Part shown: positions 49,135 to 59,832 of the stretch, one piece after another
Layout: every line of letters starts with the position of its first letter
Position numbering within the stretch: position 1 is the first letter of the stretch
Source of the DNA: an uncultured Oscillospiraceae bacterium
GTDB lineage: Bacteria; Bacillota; Clostridia; UMGS1883
Direction of reading: 5' to 3'
Assembly (NCBI GenBank): GCA_964572985.1
Contig: CAZNIC010000006.1
Span: forward strand, 5,044 to 69,043
DNA length: 64,000 nucleotides
Position numbers and translations under genes: made by a program
The notes under the pieces: generated by a model
The model's database searches: none
What the model was told of the DNA's origin: nothing
The model's input: the letters and a program-made list of their open reading frames with translations, nothing else

Positions 49135-49852
49135 CGAAATCATCACACCTCTGACAAAGAATTTTCCCCTCGTCCTCAATAACAATCATATGACTGTCGC
49201 GTATCAGCTCTAAAATTGCCATAAAAGTAGCAACCATTTCTCCGCGTGTTGTCATATCTTCGAAAAGAGCTTCAAAAAGAACCTTTTTCTGCTTTTTAAG
49301 CATTGCCATAACATATCTTGACTGATGCGGAATAGATACTCTCTTTTTGCCGATTACGCCACTGAAATTTTGCGGAGAAAGCGGTTTTTTTGCCAAGTTT
49401 CTCTCCATTATCATCATAAATGATGCGTAAAGAAGATCCGGTTTCATTATTTTGTTTTCTACAATAACCTTGGGAATATCAAGATTTTCAGGAGCTTTGA
49501 AAACGCTGTCGTCCATAGCATGCTGCATAACATCAAGAGTTTTCGAAATCTCTTTATATCTTTTATATTCCTCAAGACGGTCAACAAGCTCAGCTCTCGG
49601 GTCTTCCTCTTCCTCATCGTACACGGGAAGAAGCATCTTGGATTTGATATACAAAAGCTGAGATGCCATAACCGCAAATTCACTGGAAAGCTCCATGTCC
49701 ATGGCTTCGCATTCTGCAAGATATTCAAAATATTGATCTGTAATTTCCGAAATCGGAATATCATATATGCTTACCTTATTTTTTGATATAAGGTGCAAAA
49801 GCAAATCTAACGGTCCTTCAAATGCCGCCGTTTTAAATGAAACATCACTCAT
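49103..49852 (-). CDS. scpA: Segregation and condensation protein A
   Basis: 'FEGPLDLLLHLI' N-terminal kleisin motif. Confidence 0.88.
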   Translation of the reverse strand: MSDVSFKTAAFEGPLDLLLHLISKNKVSIYDIPISEITDQYFEYLAECEAMDMELSSEFAVMASQLLYIKSKMLLPVYDEEEEDPRAELVDRLEEYKRYKEISKTLDVMQHAMDDSVFKAPENLDIPKVIVENKIMKPDLLYASFMMIMERNLAKKPLSPQNFSGVIGKKRVSIPHQSRYVMAMLKKQKKVLFEALFEDMTTRGEMVATFMAILELIRDSHMIVIEDEGKILCQRCDDFDGYESSSSDD

Positions 49853-49867
49853 AAAAAACCTCTTAGA

Positions 49868-50539
49868 TCAGAAAAGTAGCGGAAGCAAAAAATCAACTAT
49901 TGTTTCAATCCAAATATTATATAAATCAATAATTGGGTTTACCGCCAAACCAATAATTCTGCCCAAAATTCCTGTAAATGACAATGCAATTAAAATAATC
50001 GTTCCGTATCTTTCATACGTTAAAAACTTGTTGTACAAATGATTTGGTAACACTGAAAATAAAATTTTGCTTCCGTCAAGCGGTGGAAATGGAATTAGAT
50101 TAAAAACTGCAAAATTAAGATTCAATATTGTGCACACCAGAAACAAATCAATTGCAAAACTAATAACATTGTTGTCAAAAAGATTAAATCTCAGCGAAAA
50201 CACGTTAAGAACTGCATAAATAGTAACAGCAATAAAAGATAAAAGAATATTCGACAAAGGTCCTGCTACAGACACCAAAACCATATCACGTTTAGGGTCT
50301 TTGAAATAATACGGATTAACAGGCACGGGTTTTGCCCAACCAAAACGGCAGAGAATCATCATGATTGCACCCAGTGGGTCAAGATGCGCCAACGGATTAA
50401 GCGTCAATCTGCCCATCATTTTTGCTGTAGGGTCGCCCAATTTATGGGCTACAAAGCCATGAGAAAACTCGTGCACCGTTATGGCTGTAAAAAGCACTAT
50501 AAAATTTTGCAACAGAGATATAATATCAAAATCAAACAT
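49868..50539 (-). CDS. Site-2 protease family (peptidase M50) membrane metalloprotease
   Basis: 'HEFSHGFVAH' HExxH motif within a TM segment, plus a second metal-binding Asp region 'LNPLAHLD'. Confidence 0.8.
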   Translation of the reverse strand: MFDFDIISLLQNFIVLFTAITVHEFSHGFVAHKLGDPTAKMMGRLTLNPLAHLDPLGAIMMILCRFGWAKPVPVNPYYFKDPKRDMVLVSVAGPLSNILLSFIAVTIYAVLNVFSLRFNLFDNNVISFAIDLFLVCTILNLNFAVFNLIPFPPLDGSKILFSVLPNHLYNKFLTYERYGTIILIALSFTGILGRIIGLAVNPIIDLYNIWIETIVDFLLPLLF

Positions 50540-51827
50540 CGTTTCTTATCAAATCCTCAAAAGTTTCTCTTTTTACAACAATTCGGCTTTCTCCGTCCTT
50601 AACCATAACCATCGCGGGACGCGGAATTCTGTTATAGTTTGAAGCCATTGAATAATTATATGCACCTGTTGTCAATACGGCAATTTTATCCCCGGGTTCA
50701 ACAGGTTGTATGCTCATGTTTTCGCCTATGAGGTCGCCGGATTCACAACACTTGCCTGCAAGTGTAATCTTTTCAGTCTTTTCATCACCGGCTTTGTTTG
50801 CAACAAGACAAGTATATTCCGCCTGATAAAGAATATATCTTGGGTTGTCCCCCATACCCCCGTCAATCGAAACATAACGTCTTATATTTGGTATATCCTT
50901 GATTGCACCTGCAGTGTAAAGTGTTACTCCCGCGGTCGCAACAATACTTCTTCCGGGTTCCATCATGATAAATGGTAATGCAAGCCCTCTCTTCGCGCAG
51001 GCATCCTTTACAACAACACTGACCTCTTCGATATATTTGTCAAATTTAATCGGATCGTCCTTTTCAGTGTAAGTAACACCAAAGCCACCGCCAAGATTCA
51101 ACTCGGTCATTTCAAAACCTGTTTCATCTTTGATATCGCCAATAAAATCAACAAGCAATTTTGCCGCCTCTTTAAATGGTTCGGATTCAAAAATCTGAGA
51201 ACCGATATGACAATGAATGCCGCCCACCAAAAGATTTGTATATTCCAACGCCTTAACAACAGCCTCTTTTGCTTCGCCTGTTTCGAGCGCAAAGCCAAAT
51301 TTTGAGTCAATCTGACCTGTCATTATAAAATCATGTGTATGAGCATCAATGCCGGGTTTGATTCTGAAAAGGATTTTTTGTGTTTTATTAAAATCTCGCG
51401 CTATATTATTGATTCTTTCCAACTCGGACAAATTATCAACAACAATTCTTCCGACATTGTTTTCAATTGCATAACGAAGCTCATCATCAGTTTTATTATT
51501 GCCGTGAATACATATTTTTTCACTTTCCATACCTGCAGAAAGCGCGGTATAAAGTTCCCCTGACGAAACTGAGTCAACACCTAAGCCTTCACTTTGTACA
51601 AGTCTTACAATCGCCTTGTTACACAAAGCCTTTGATGCAAAAAAGACCAAGCCGTTTCCGTCATAAAACTCGTCAATAGAATTTTTATATAATCTGCAAT
51701 GCTCTCTTACAACATTTTCATCAATAACATAAAGCGGAGTGCCGTATTTTTCACAAAGCTCAATGCTGTCACAGCCGCCGATTGTAAGGTGGTTAAGGCT
51801 GTTTACGTCCTGTCCTTCCATAAGCAT
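50532..51827 (-). CDS. lysA: Diaminopimelate decarboxylase
   Basis: Fold-III PLP decarboxylase: 'FFASKALCNKAI' (PLP Lys), 'GGG(F/L)G', 'CESGD'. Confidence 0.92.
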   Translation of the reverse strand: MLMEGQDVNSLNHLTIGGCDSIELCEKYGTPLYVIDENVVREHCRLYKNSIDEFYDGNGLVFFASKALCNKAIVRLVQSEGLGVDSVSSGELYTALSAGMESEKICIHGNNKTDDELRYAIENNVGRIVVDNLSELERINNIARDFNKTQKILFRIKPGIDAHTHDFIMTGQIDSKFGFALETGEAKEAVVKALEYTNLLVGGIHCHIGSQIFESEPFKEAAKLLVDFIGDIKDETGFEMTELNLGGGFGVTYTEKDDPIKFDKYIEEVSVVVKDACAKRGLALPFIMMEPGRSIVATAGVTLYTAGAIKDIPNIRRYVSIDGGMGDNPRYILYQAEYTCLVANKAGDEKTEKITLAGKCCESGDLIGENMSIQPVEPGDKIAVLTTGAYNYSMASNYNRIPRPAMVMVKDGESRIVVKRETFEDLIRNDV

Positions 51828-51864
51828 TCAAATCACTCCTCGTTTTGGTAAAATTATTTTGTTA

Positions 51865-51893
51865 ATTATATCATTTTCCGCACAAAAAGTCAA
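51865..51893 (-). promoter_or_regulatory. Sigma-A-type promoter for lysA (TTGACT, 17 nt spacer, TATAAT, minus strand)
   Basis: Minus-strand 'TTGACTTTTTGTGCGGAAAATGATATAAT', ~40 nt upstream of the lysA start. Confidence 0.55.
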
Positions 51894-51942
51894 GATTAAT
51901 ACAAAGAACGCCCCCTATAACACGGAAGCGTTCTTTACACTT

Positions 51943-52971
51943 TTATTCAGCAGTTGTATATTTTGTCAAATCAATAGAACTATACTTTGAATCATCAACA
52001 TCCATAACATATTTATCGAAAATTGCGTTTATTTTTTCTTCTGTCATGCGTGATGAGCCGATAGTTATGCGCATTTCATGAATATAGTCATCATAGGCAG
52101 CGTCTCCCTTTTTGGGGATATCATAACGCTTAATTACGTGATAGCCGTAGTCCGTTCTGACAGGTTTTGAAATTTCTCCTATTTTAAGACCTTTTACAGC
52201 ATCTTCAAATTCAATAACCATATCTCCGTCAGTAAAAAGATAACCAACTTCAGGATCTTCTCCGGGGTCTTCGTTAAGCTCTACAATTAAATCCTCAAAG
52301 TTTTCGCCGTTCACAGCTCTTTCGTATGCAGCATTTGCTTCCTGGAGTGCGGAGTTTTCATCGCTTCTGCCATCAAAAGTAATGAGAATATGCTTTGCTA
52401 CATAATAATCTCCGTTACCGTACAATCCGTTAAACTGTTCCGCAGCCTCTTCTTCTGTACACTCAAGAGCCAGAATAGACTGGTAAGAATTCATTGCTTT
52501 GAGATAAGTTTTAAAAGAGTCAGCGTCATAACCGTACATTGCCATCATCTGATTAAAAGTTTCTTCGCCACCGTTATAGTCAATATAGGACTTAATAAAC
52601 TCTTCGTTTTTTTCTTCGGAGTATACGCCAAGGGCTTTTGCTTCCAGCATGATTGAATAATCCTGCTTTGCATAATCAAGCGCCAAATTAATTGATGCGT
52701 CACGAGCAGTCAAACCGTCAGACACGAGTATTTTTTCCCATCCGGGCGCAGACCCTGACTGTGTCTGGATTTCGCTTACAGCCTGGTCAAGATAAAAATA
52801 CAGCATATCTGTCGTGATATAATACTCGTCAATTGTTGCAATTACATCAGCGTTGTTTTCTGTTGCTGATCCGGATGGAATATTTGTTTCTTTATCGTTC
52901 TTTTTACCGCAACCCGCCATCATCCCGACAGCAATAATTACAGCCATAATTAAGGTCAAAATTCTTTTCAT
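51943..52971 (-). CDS. prsA: PrsA-like foldase lipoprotein (parvulin-type peptidyl-prolyl isomerase)
   Basis: Lipobox 'MMAGCG'. C-terminal parvulin domain 'HILITF...FEDAVKGLKIGEISKPVRTDYGYHVIKR'. Confidence 0.8.
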   Translation of the reverse strand: MKRILTLIMAVIIAVGMMAGCGKKNDKETNIPSGSATENNADVIATIDEYYITTDMLYFYLDQAVSEIQTQSGSAPGWEKILVSDGLTARDASINLALDYAKQDYSIMLEAKALGVYSEEKNEEFIKSYIDYNGGEETFNQMMAMYGYDADSFKTYLKAMNSYQSILALECTEEEAAEQFNGLYGNGDYYVAKHILITFDGRSDENSALQEANAAYERAVNGENFEDLIVELNEDPGEDPEVGYLFTDGDMVIEFEDAVKGLKIGEISKPVRTDYGYHVIKRYDIPKKGDAAYDDYIHEMRITIGSSRMTEEKINAIFDKYVMDVDDSKYSSIDLTKYTTAE

Positions 52972-53009
52972 AATAACATCCTTTCGTGTGCTAATGCTTT
53001 CATAATAAA

Positions 53010-56000
53010 CTATAATTCAGGGTTTTGCAAGCTATTTAACACAAAGTTTACTTTTTCAATAATATCCTTTTCTGAAGGATTCTGCATTCTGATAAGAATG
53101 TAGGGCTTATCCCCTGCCGAAAACAGAATCCTTACGACACGGCTTGAAGATATTTTGGACAAAACTTTGATATCAGGTGCTTTGGTTTTAATAAACTTAA
53201 GTGTAACGCCGTCAGCAGACTGGTTAATATCAGTTATACCGAGACTGTTTGCACAAGCTTTCATAAGAGCAATTTTCATAAGTGTATCAACACACGCGGG
53301 AATTGTTCCGTATCTGTCCTCCAATTCTTCCTGTACACGGTTGAAATCGTTCATCTCTTCAATTGCTACAATCGACTTATACGCCTCAATACGCAAAGCT
53401 TCCGCATTAATGTATTCGTTGGGAATATATGCGTTTACATTAAGTTCAATCTGTGTAGTTACCTTCTTTTCTTCAGGCGGCAAACCCATCGCCTCATTGA
53501 CGGCATCTGAAAGCATCTGACAATACATATCATAACCAACAGTTGCCATAAACCCGTGCTGTTCAGGACCCAAAACATTGCCTGCACCACGGATTTCAAG
53601 GTCTCGCATTGCTATTTTGAAGCCCGAGCCAAACTCGGTAAATTCCTTAATTGCACGAAGTCTCTTTTCTGCTATTTCATCAAGAGCCTTTGTGGGGTTA
53701 AATGTAAGATACGCATATGCAAGGCGGTTTGTTCTGCCCACTCGTCCTCTTAACTGATAAAGCTGAGACAAGCCGAAATGATTTGCATCTTCAATAATTA
53801 TTGTGTTTACATTTTGTACATCCATACCGGTTTCTATTATGGTAGTGCAGACTAAAACGTCAATTTCTTTGTTTAAAAACCGCATAAGAGTTTTTTCGAG
53901 TTGCGCTTCACTCATCTGCCCGTGCGCCATTTCAACCCTTGCATCGGGAACGAGTGCGGCAATTTCAGCAGCAAGCTTCTCCATGCCGTTAACACGATTT
54001 GATACATAATACACTTGCCCTGAACGCGAAAGCTCACGTTCTATAGCGTTTTGTAAAATAACTTTGTTGTGCTCCAAAACATACGTTTGTACGGGATATC
54101 GGTCCTCGGGAGGATTCATGAGTACGCTCATGTCACGGATACCAACCATCGCCATGTGGAGTGTTCTCGGGATAGGCGTTGCACTAAGAGTTAAGACATC
54201 AACGTTTTTCTTGAATTCCTTGATTTTTTCTTTATGTGCAACACCAAACCTCTGTTCTTCATCAATAACGAGGAGTCCCAATCTCCGGTATTCAATTTTA
54301 GGAGACAAAAGTTTGTGAGTACCGATTACAATATCACATTCACCGCTTTTCAACATGCGAAGAGTTTCCTCTGTTTCCTTTTGGGTTGAAAACCTGGAAA
54401 GCATTCTTATTGTAATAGGGAATTTTTTCATTCTTTGCACAAAATTATTATACTGTTGCTGTGCCAGTATTGTGGTCGGCACAAGGTACGCCACCTGATA
54501 ACCGGAATCCACCGCCTTGAATGCCGCACGCATTGCAACCTCTGTTTTACCGTAACCTACGTCGCCGCACAAAAGTCTGTCCATAGGACGGCTTGATTCC
54601 ATATCCTTTTTGATTTCTTCCACTGCACGGAGCTGGTCTTCTGTTTCTTCGTATATAAAATCCGCCTCAAAATCACGTTGCCAGGAGGAATCTTTTGAAA
54701 AAGCCACGCCTTCGGCGATACTGCGTGCTGCATAAAGTTCTGTAAGCTTTTGTGCCATTTCGGCAACATTTTTTCTTACCTTTGCTTTTGTTGCCGCCCA
54801 TTCCGCACCGCCAAGCTTATTGATGCGTATGCTCTTGCCTTCGCCCGCGCCGACATATTTGTTAATCAAATCAAGCTGGTCAACAGGAATATACAAAAAA
54901 TCAGACCCGCGGTACTCTATTTTGAAATAATCACGTGTAATACCTGCAACTTCAAGGCGTTTCATGCCAATATATTTACCTATACCGTGCACATTGTGTA
55001 CAACAAAATCACCGGGAGCTATATCAACCGGGTTCTTGATTTTTGCAGTATTGGGGTCTTTTTTCACCTTGCGTTTTTTCTTTTCCGAAGCAAAAATCTC
55101 TCGGTCACTTACAACAACAGTGTTGATAAGCGAATATTCAAAGCCTTTATTTACAGAACCTTTTAATATCGCAATGCTGTTTTTTGTATCTTCAACATCA
55201 CTAATCGACGCATAATATGTTGCCCTAAAACCTTTTTCCTCAAGTGCGTCTCTCAGAGACTTTGCTCTTTGGCTGCTTCCGCCTAAAATGTAGATATTAT
55301 ATCTAAGCTTCTGCCATGTTCTTATATCATCATATAAAAAGTCTATATTTCCGCTATAGTTCTGCAGTGTTTTTGCCGTCAGATTAAGGTTGGTTTTAGC
55401 CCTGAAATCCGGACAAATCCTACTTAATGCAGAGATTGACACAATCTTGTTTTTTGTAATTTTATCTATAAGTTTATCATACTTTTGTAAATACTCGCGT
55501 TCGGGGTCAATGTCAACCTCTTTTTCGATAAGAGTTTTAATATTATCTTCAAGTTCAAATCTGATTGTTTCGGCGGTTTCTGATATTCTGTTAGGTTCAT
55601 CAAAAAATACAACATCGTCTTTTTCGATATATGACAAAATACTACCCGTAAATGAGTGTGACGAAGCCGGTACGATTTCTGCAATTTCGCATTTGTCAGT
55701 CGAAAGCTGAGTAAATGGGTCAAAAACTTTAATAAGGTCAACTTCGTCACCGAAAAATTCGATTCTGTATGCGTCTTTTCCCGGCGGAAAAACATCAACA
55801 ATGCCACCACGAACAGCAAACTGACCTGCGTTTTCTACGCTATCAAGCCTTGTATAGCCCATTCTTATGAGCCTGTCAACAACATCTTGCATATTGAGCA
55901 CATCGCCAACATTTACTTCAAAACTCAAAAGTTCAAGGTCCTTCTTTGATACAACGTATTGCATGAAGCTCATTACACTCATTATTACTATTTTCTTTTG

Positions 56001-56327
56001 AGAAACCATAGTAAGAGCACTCATTCTCTTGTTTTCGGCTTCGTTATCAGCGGCTTCTGTTTTATAAAGCATCATATCAGCTTCGGGGATAACCACTGCT
56101 GCATCGGGCTCAAAGAAAGATATATCATCAAAAAGCTTTCGTGCCTGCATTTCGCTGTATGTTATAATAAAGCATTTCTTGTCAAGAGAATTTAATAACG
56201 ACACGACAAAATGGGCCTTCACGGATTCCGAGGGCCCTGTAACATGTATCGGGAACATGTTTTCTTTTGCCGCAGCAACTATGTTTTCATACTCTGCACT
56301 GCCTGTAAGCAGATCTTGAAATTTCAT
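53010..56327 (-). CDS. mfd: Transcription-repair coupling factor
   Basis: 1105 aa. SF2 helicase motifs 'GDVGYGKTEVA', 'DEEQRFG', 'QLRGRVGR'. UvrB-homology N-terminus and TRG motif. Confidence 0.95.
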   Translation of the reverse strand: MKFQDLLTGSAEYENIVAAAKENMFPIHVTGPSESVKAHFVVSLLNSLDKKCFIITYSEMQARKLFDDISFFEPDAAVVIPEADMMLYKTEAADNEAENKRMSALTMVSQKKIVIMSVMSFMQYVVSKKDLELLSFEVNVGDVLNMQDVVDRLIRMGYTRLDSVENAGQFAVRGGIVDVFPPGKDAYRIEFFGDEVDLIKVFDPFTQLSTDKCEIAEIVPASSHSFTGSILSYIEKDDVVFFDEPNRISETAETIRFELEDNIKTLIEKEVDIDPEREYLQKYDKLIDKITKNKIVSISALSRICPDFRAKTNLNLTAKTLQNYSGNIDFLYDDIRTWQKLRYNIYILGGSSQRAKSLRDALEEKGFRATYYASISDVEDTKNSIAILKGSVNKGFEYSLINTVVVSDREIFASEKKKRKVKKDPNTAKIKNPVDIAPGDFVVHNVHGIGKYIGMKRLEVAGITRDYFKIEYRGSDFLYIPVDQLDLINKYVGAGEGKSIRINKLGGAEWAATKAKVRKNVAEMAQKLTELYAARSIAEGVAFSKDSSWQRDFEADFIYEETEDQLRAVEEIKKDMESSRPMDRLLCGDVGYGKTEVAMRAAFKAVDSGYQVAYLVPTTILAQQQYNNFVQRMKKFPITIRMLSRFSTQKETEETLRMLKSGECDIVIGTHKLLSPKIEYRRLGLLVIDEEQRFGVAHKEKIKEFKKNVDVLTLSATPIPRTLHMAMVGIRDMSVLMNPPEDRYPVQTYVLEHNKVILQNAIERELSRSGQVYYVSNRVNGMEKLAAEIAALVPDARVEMAHGQMSEAQLEKTLMRFLNKEIDVLVCTTIIETGMDVQNVNTIIIEDANHFGLSQLYQLRGRVGRTNRLAYAYLTFNPTKALDEIAEKRLRAIKEFTEFGSGFKIAMRDLEIRGAGNVLGPEQHGFMATVGYDMYCQMLSDAVNEAMGLPPEEKKVTTQIELNVNAYIPNEYINAEALRIEAYKSIVAIEEMNDFNRVQEELEDRYGTIPACVDTLMKIALMKACANSLGITDINQSADGVTLKFIKTKAPDIKVLSKISSSRVVRILFSAGDKPYILIRMQNPSEKDIIEKVNFVLNSLQNPEL

Positions 56328-56336
56328 TTCTGCACC

Positions 56337-56894
56337 TTATTTACCGTTAAATTTATTCATTGCGTCACTGACACCGTTTTTAATCAAAGCTTCTATCACA
56401 TCAGGCAAAAGACGGATTGCATCGGAAACTTTTATCCCGTCTTCTTCGCTGAATTTTCCGAGAACATGACTTGTCATGTTGTGTTCTGCTTGACCTACAC
56501 CAAAACGCACTCTGGGGAATTCATCGTTTTGGATTTGATATATGATGGATTTCATGCCGTTGTGACCGCCCGCACTGCCCTTGGGTCTTATACGCACTTT
56601 TCCCGGTTCAAGTGCTACATCATCATACATTACTATAATATTATTTGGTTCAATCTTAAAATATTCACTGGCTTCACGTACACTTTCGCCACTGAGGTTC
56701 ATATATGTCTGAGGTTTTAAAAGTATACACTTTTCTCCGCCTATCATACCGTCACCGTAAATGCCTTTAAATTTAATTTTTGAAACATTTATATTATATT
56801 TATAAGCAAGATAATCAATAGCTGTAAAGCCTACATTGTGCCTGGTTTTTTCATACTCTTTACCCGGATTTCCGAGCCCGACTATAAGATACAT
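56337..56894 (-). CDS. pth: Peptidyl-tRNA hydrolase
   Basis: 'LIVGLGNPG' and 'HNVGF' motifs. Start 'MYLIV' preceded by AGGAAGG. Confidence 0.93.
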   Translation of the reverse strand: MYLIVGLGNPGKEYEKTRHNVGFTAIDYLAYKYNINVSKIKFKGIYGDGMIGGEKCILLKPQTYMNLSGESVREASEYFKIEPNNIIVMYDDVALEPGKVRIRPKGSAGGHNGMKSIIYQIQNDEFPRVRFGVGQAEHNMTSHVLGKFSEEDGIKVSDAIRLLPDVIEALIKNGVSDAMNKFNGK

Positions 56895-56969
56895 GATTTT
56901 TACCTTCCTTTGCATGTTTTCTTCTGCACAAAGTCGGAAAATGCAAGCATTTTCCGACCTGATAGCTAA

Positions 56970-57935
56970 TTATTTGATTGGAGGAGCAAAAAGAGGACTG
57001 ATAGATTCGTCTTCATAAATCTTTTCAATTGCATCTGCAAAAAGCTTTGCAACAGAAATCACCTTGATGTTGGGAGCCTTCTTTTCCTCGGGAAGCTCAA
57101 TAGTATCAAGAACAACAAGCTCTTTAATGGGAGATGCTGCTATTCTTTCCATTGCAGGACCTGAGAGCACGGGATGAGTACAACAAGCGTATACTTCCTT
57201 CGCACCTTTTTCGATAAGTGCTTCTGCACCATGTGTAATAGTGCCTGCTGTATCGATCATATCGTCAACCAAAATAACCTTTTTGTCTTTGATGTCACCG
57301 ATAATATTCATTACTTCGCTGACGTTAGGTCTTGGTCTGCGTTTGTCAATAATTGCAACGGGTGTATCAATAATTCTTGAGAAGTTTCTTGCTCTTGTTA
57401 CGCTGCCAAAGTCAGGAGATACAACAACAACATCTTCCATGGAATCAAACTTTTCAAGATAGTAAGGTGCCAAAAGCGGAACACCCAAAAGATGATCAAC
57501 GGGAATATCAAAAAATCCCTGAATCTGTGACGCGTGCAAATCCATTGTAAGTACTCTTGTTGCGCCTGCCGCTGTAATCAGATTAGCAACCAATTTTGCT
57601 GTAATCGGGTCTCTTGCTTTTGCCTTTCTGTCCTGTCTTGCATAGCCAAAATAAGGCATAACGGCTACGATTCTGCCTGCTGATGCTCTCTTGCAGGCGT
57701 CAATCATTACAAGTAATTCCATGAGGTGATCATTTACGGGATCACATGTGGACTGGATAATGAAAACATCGCTACCGCGAACTGTTTCGTCCAGATTTAC
57801 AAAGATTTCACCATCGGAAAACTTACCAACTTTATTTGCTGAAAGGGGCAAATTCAAATGATTTGCAATACTTGCAGCCAAATTAGGGTTGGAATTTGCT
57901 GAAAAGATCTTGATGTTTTTAGCGTTGTGTAACAT
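56970..57935 (-). CDS. prs: Ribose-phosphate pyrophosphokinase
   Basis: 'KIFSANSNP', 'RFSDGE', 'DLHA.QIQGFFD', 'VSPDFG' and 'DDMIDTAGT' motifs. Start 'MLHNA' preceded by GGAGGAG; the ORF track's upstream extension overlaps glmU. Confidence 0.93.
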   Translation of the reverse strand: MLHNAKNIKIFSANSNPNLAASIANHLNLPLSANKVGKFSDGEIFVNLDETVRGSDVFIIQSTCDPVNDHLMELLVMIDACKRASAGRIVAVMPYFGYARQDRKAKARDPITAKLVANLITAAGATRVLTMDLHASQIQGFFDIPVDHLLGVPLLAPYYLEKFDSMEDVVVVSPDFGSVTRARNFSRIIDTPVAIIDKRRPRPNVSEVMNIIGDIKDKKVILVDDMIDTAGTITHGAEALIEKGAKEVYACCTHPVLSGPAMERIAASPIKELVVLDTIELPEEKKAPNIKVISVAKLFADAIEKIYEDESISPLFAPPIK

Positions 57936-57958
57936 TGCTACTCCTCCGTTTAATCCTT

Positions 57959-59320
57959 TTACTTTAATCTTTTGTCTTTCCAATCGGTTTTTACCACCTG
58001 ACGGCTTCTTGCTATTGCAAGTGCACCCTCGGGCACTTCGTCAGTAATGGTAGAACCTGCGGCGACATACGCATTATCCTTAACCGTAACGGGTGAAACA
58101 AGGTTCGAATTGCAACCAATAAAGGCATTGTCGCCAATGTTGGTTTTGAACTTGCTTTTTCCGTCATAATTAACAATAACCGTACCACAGCCGAAATTAA
58201 CATTTTTGCCGACTGTAGCATCGCCTATATATGTAAGGTGGCTTGCTTTTGTACCGTCGCCTAAACTGGCGTTTTTAAGTTCAACAAAGTCACCAACCTT
58301 GCAACCTTTGCCTACAGTACTGTTGGGTCTCAAATAAGCATAAGGACCAATATGAGAGCCTTCATCAACACTACTGTCAACTATAGTGGAAAAATAAACA
58401 TCACAGCCATCACCGATTTTGCTGTTTACGATACGACAATTTTGACCGATTGTAACCCCGCTTCCGATAACAGAACCATTTTCTATTGTCGTACCGGGAT
58501 AAATCACACTGTCTTTTCCGATAACTACATCGTCATCAATATATGTTGTATCAGAATCAATGATTGTAACGCCTTCAAGCATAAGTTTTTTATTTATACG
58601 CTTACGCATAATTTTTTCTGCTTCGGCAAGCTGTACACGGTCATTAACGCCGGAAATTTCACACGCATCATCAACTACATATGCTCCGACTTTAAGTCCG
58701 TTATTCTTCATCAGCGCAAGTGTATCCGTAAGATAGTACTCGCCCTGTGCGTTGTTATTTGTAAGTTTATCAAGTGCACTCAAAAGCGCCTTTGACTCAA
58801 AGCAATACATACCGGAATTAATTTCGCAAATCTGCTTTTCTTCTTCTGAGGCATCCTTTTGCTCCACAATCCTGTCAATATTGCCTTCGCTGTCACGAAT
58901 TATACGACCGTATCCGAAAGGATTTTCAACAACAGAGGTCAATACAGTACAGGAATTACCGTTTTCTGCATGAAGCTTTGCTGCATTTTGCAATGTATCT
59001 GACGTAATAAGCGGTGTATCACCCGCAAGAATCATCACATTAGTGCTGTTTTTTATAAAATCCTTTGCCTGCATAACAGCATGACCGGTACCTTTTTGTT
59101 CTGCCTGTGTCACATACACAGCCTTATCGCCTACAGCTTCAACAACCATCTCCGCCTTATGTCCAACAACAACACAAACGCTGTCCGCTCCGGACTTTAA
59201 TGCCTCATCTATAACGCGGTTTACCATTTCCTTGCCTGCGACCGTGAAAACAACTTTGGATTTTTCTGATTTCATCCTTTTTCCTTCACCTGCAGCAAGT
59301 ACAACAAGGGAAAAACTCAT
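57959..59320 (-). CDS. glmU: Bifunctional GlcNAc-1-P uridyltransferase / GlcN-1-P acetyltransferase
   Basis: '[13 protein letters not shown]' N-terminus and C-terminal left-handed beta-helix hexapeptide repeats. Confidence 0.93.
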   Translation of the reverse strand: MSFSLVVLAAGEGKRMKSEKSKVVFTVAGKEMVNRVIDEALKSGADSVCVVVGHKAEMVVEAVGDKAVYVTQAEQKGTGHAVMQAKDFIKNSTNVMILAGDTPLITSDTLQNAAKLHAENGNSCTVLTSVVENPFGYGRIIRDSEGNIDRIVEQKDASEEEKQICEINSGMYCFESKALLSALDKLTNNNAQGEYYLTDTLALMKNNGLKVGAYVVDDACEISGVNDRVQLAEAEKIMRKRINKKLMLEGVTIIDSDTTYIDDDVVIGKDSVIYPGTTIENGSVIGSGVTIGQNCRIVNSKIGDGCDVYFSTIVDSSVDEGSHIGPYAYLRPNSTVGKGCKVGDFVELKNASLGDGTKASHLTYIGDATVGKNVNFGCGTVIVNYDGKSKFKTNIGDNAFIGCNSNLVSPVTVKDNAYVAAGSTITDEVPEGALAIARSRQVVKTDWKDKRLK

Positions 59321-59354
59321 TTAATAAACATCTCCTGAAAATTACTTTAATGCA

Positions 59355-59395
59355 AAACAGAGAAAAAAGGCAAGCGAAAAAAGCCTGCCTGATTT
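59355..59395 (-). terminator. Terminator downstream of spoVG
   Basis: Minus-strand 'AGGCAGGCTTTTTTCGCTTGCCTTTTTT'. Confidence 0.6.
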
Positions 59396-59404
59396 CATGT
59401 GTTG

Positions 59405-59677
59405 TCAATCGGCCAACTGCTCGTTCATTACTTCTTCATATTTTGCCAAAATAGCGCTCTGAAGTGTTTCACGAAGCTGACTTGTAATGGGATGAACAAT
59501 ATCCTTATACTCGCCTTCGGCATTTTTTCTGCTCGGCATGGCGATAAACATTTTTTCTACACCATCAATAATTTTGATATCGTGAATAACAAGCATATTA
59601 TCAAGTGTCACCGATACAACAGCTTTCATTTTTCCTTCGGAAGTTATTTTTCTTACTTTGATGTCAGTAATTTGCAT
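59405..59677 (-). CDS. spoVG: Stage V sporulation / septation regulator SpoVG
   Basis: 'MQITDIKVRKI......AVVSVTLDN.LVIHDIKII.G....FIAMPSRK' is near-invariant SpoVG sequence. Confidence 0.95.
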   Translation of the reverse strand: MQITDIKVRKITSEGKMKAVVSVTLDNMLVIHDIKIIDGVEKMFIAMPSRKNAEGEYKDIVHPITSQLRETLQSAILAKYEEVMNEQLAD

Positions 59678-59832
59678 ATAATTCCCTCCTAATTTTCTTA
59701 ACCAAGTTGCCTAAAGACACTTGATTTTTTCTCTATATTTGTATAATATCAAAATATAGAGAATTTTTCAATAGTAATTTATGAAATTTTTTGATATAAT
59801 ATTATTACATTGGGTATATTGGAGGAATAACC

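Noticed and set aside
51828-51942. Possible lysine riboswitch upstream of lysA
   Set aside because: The leader between the predicted promoter and the lysA start is only ~40 nt. That is far too short for an L-box, and no conserved L-box blocks are present.
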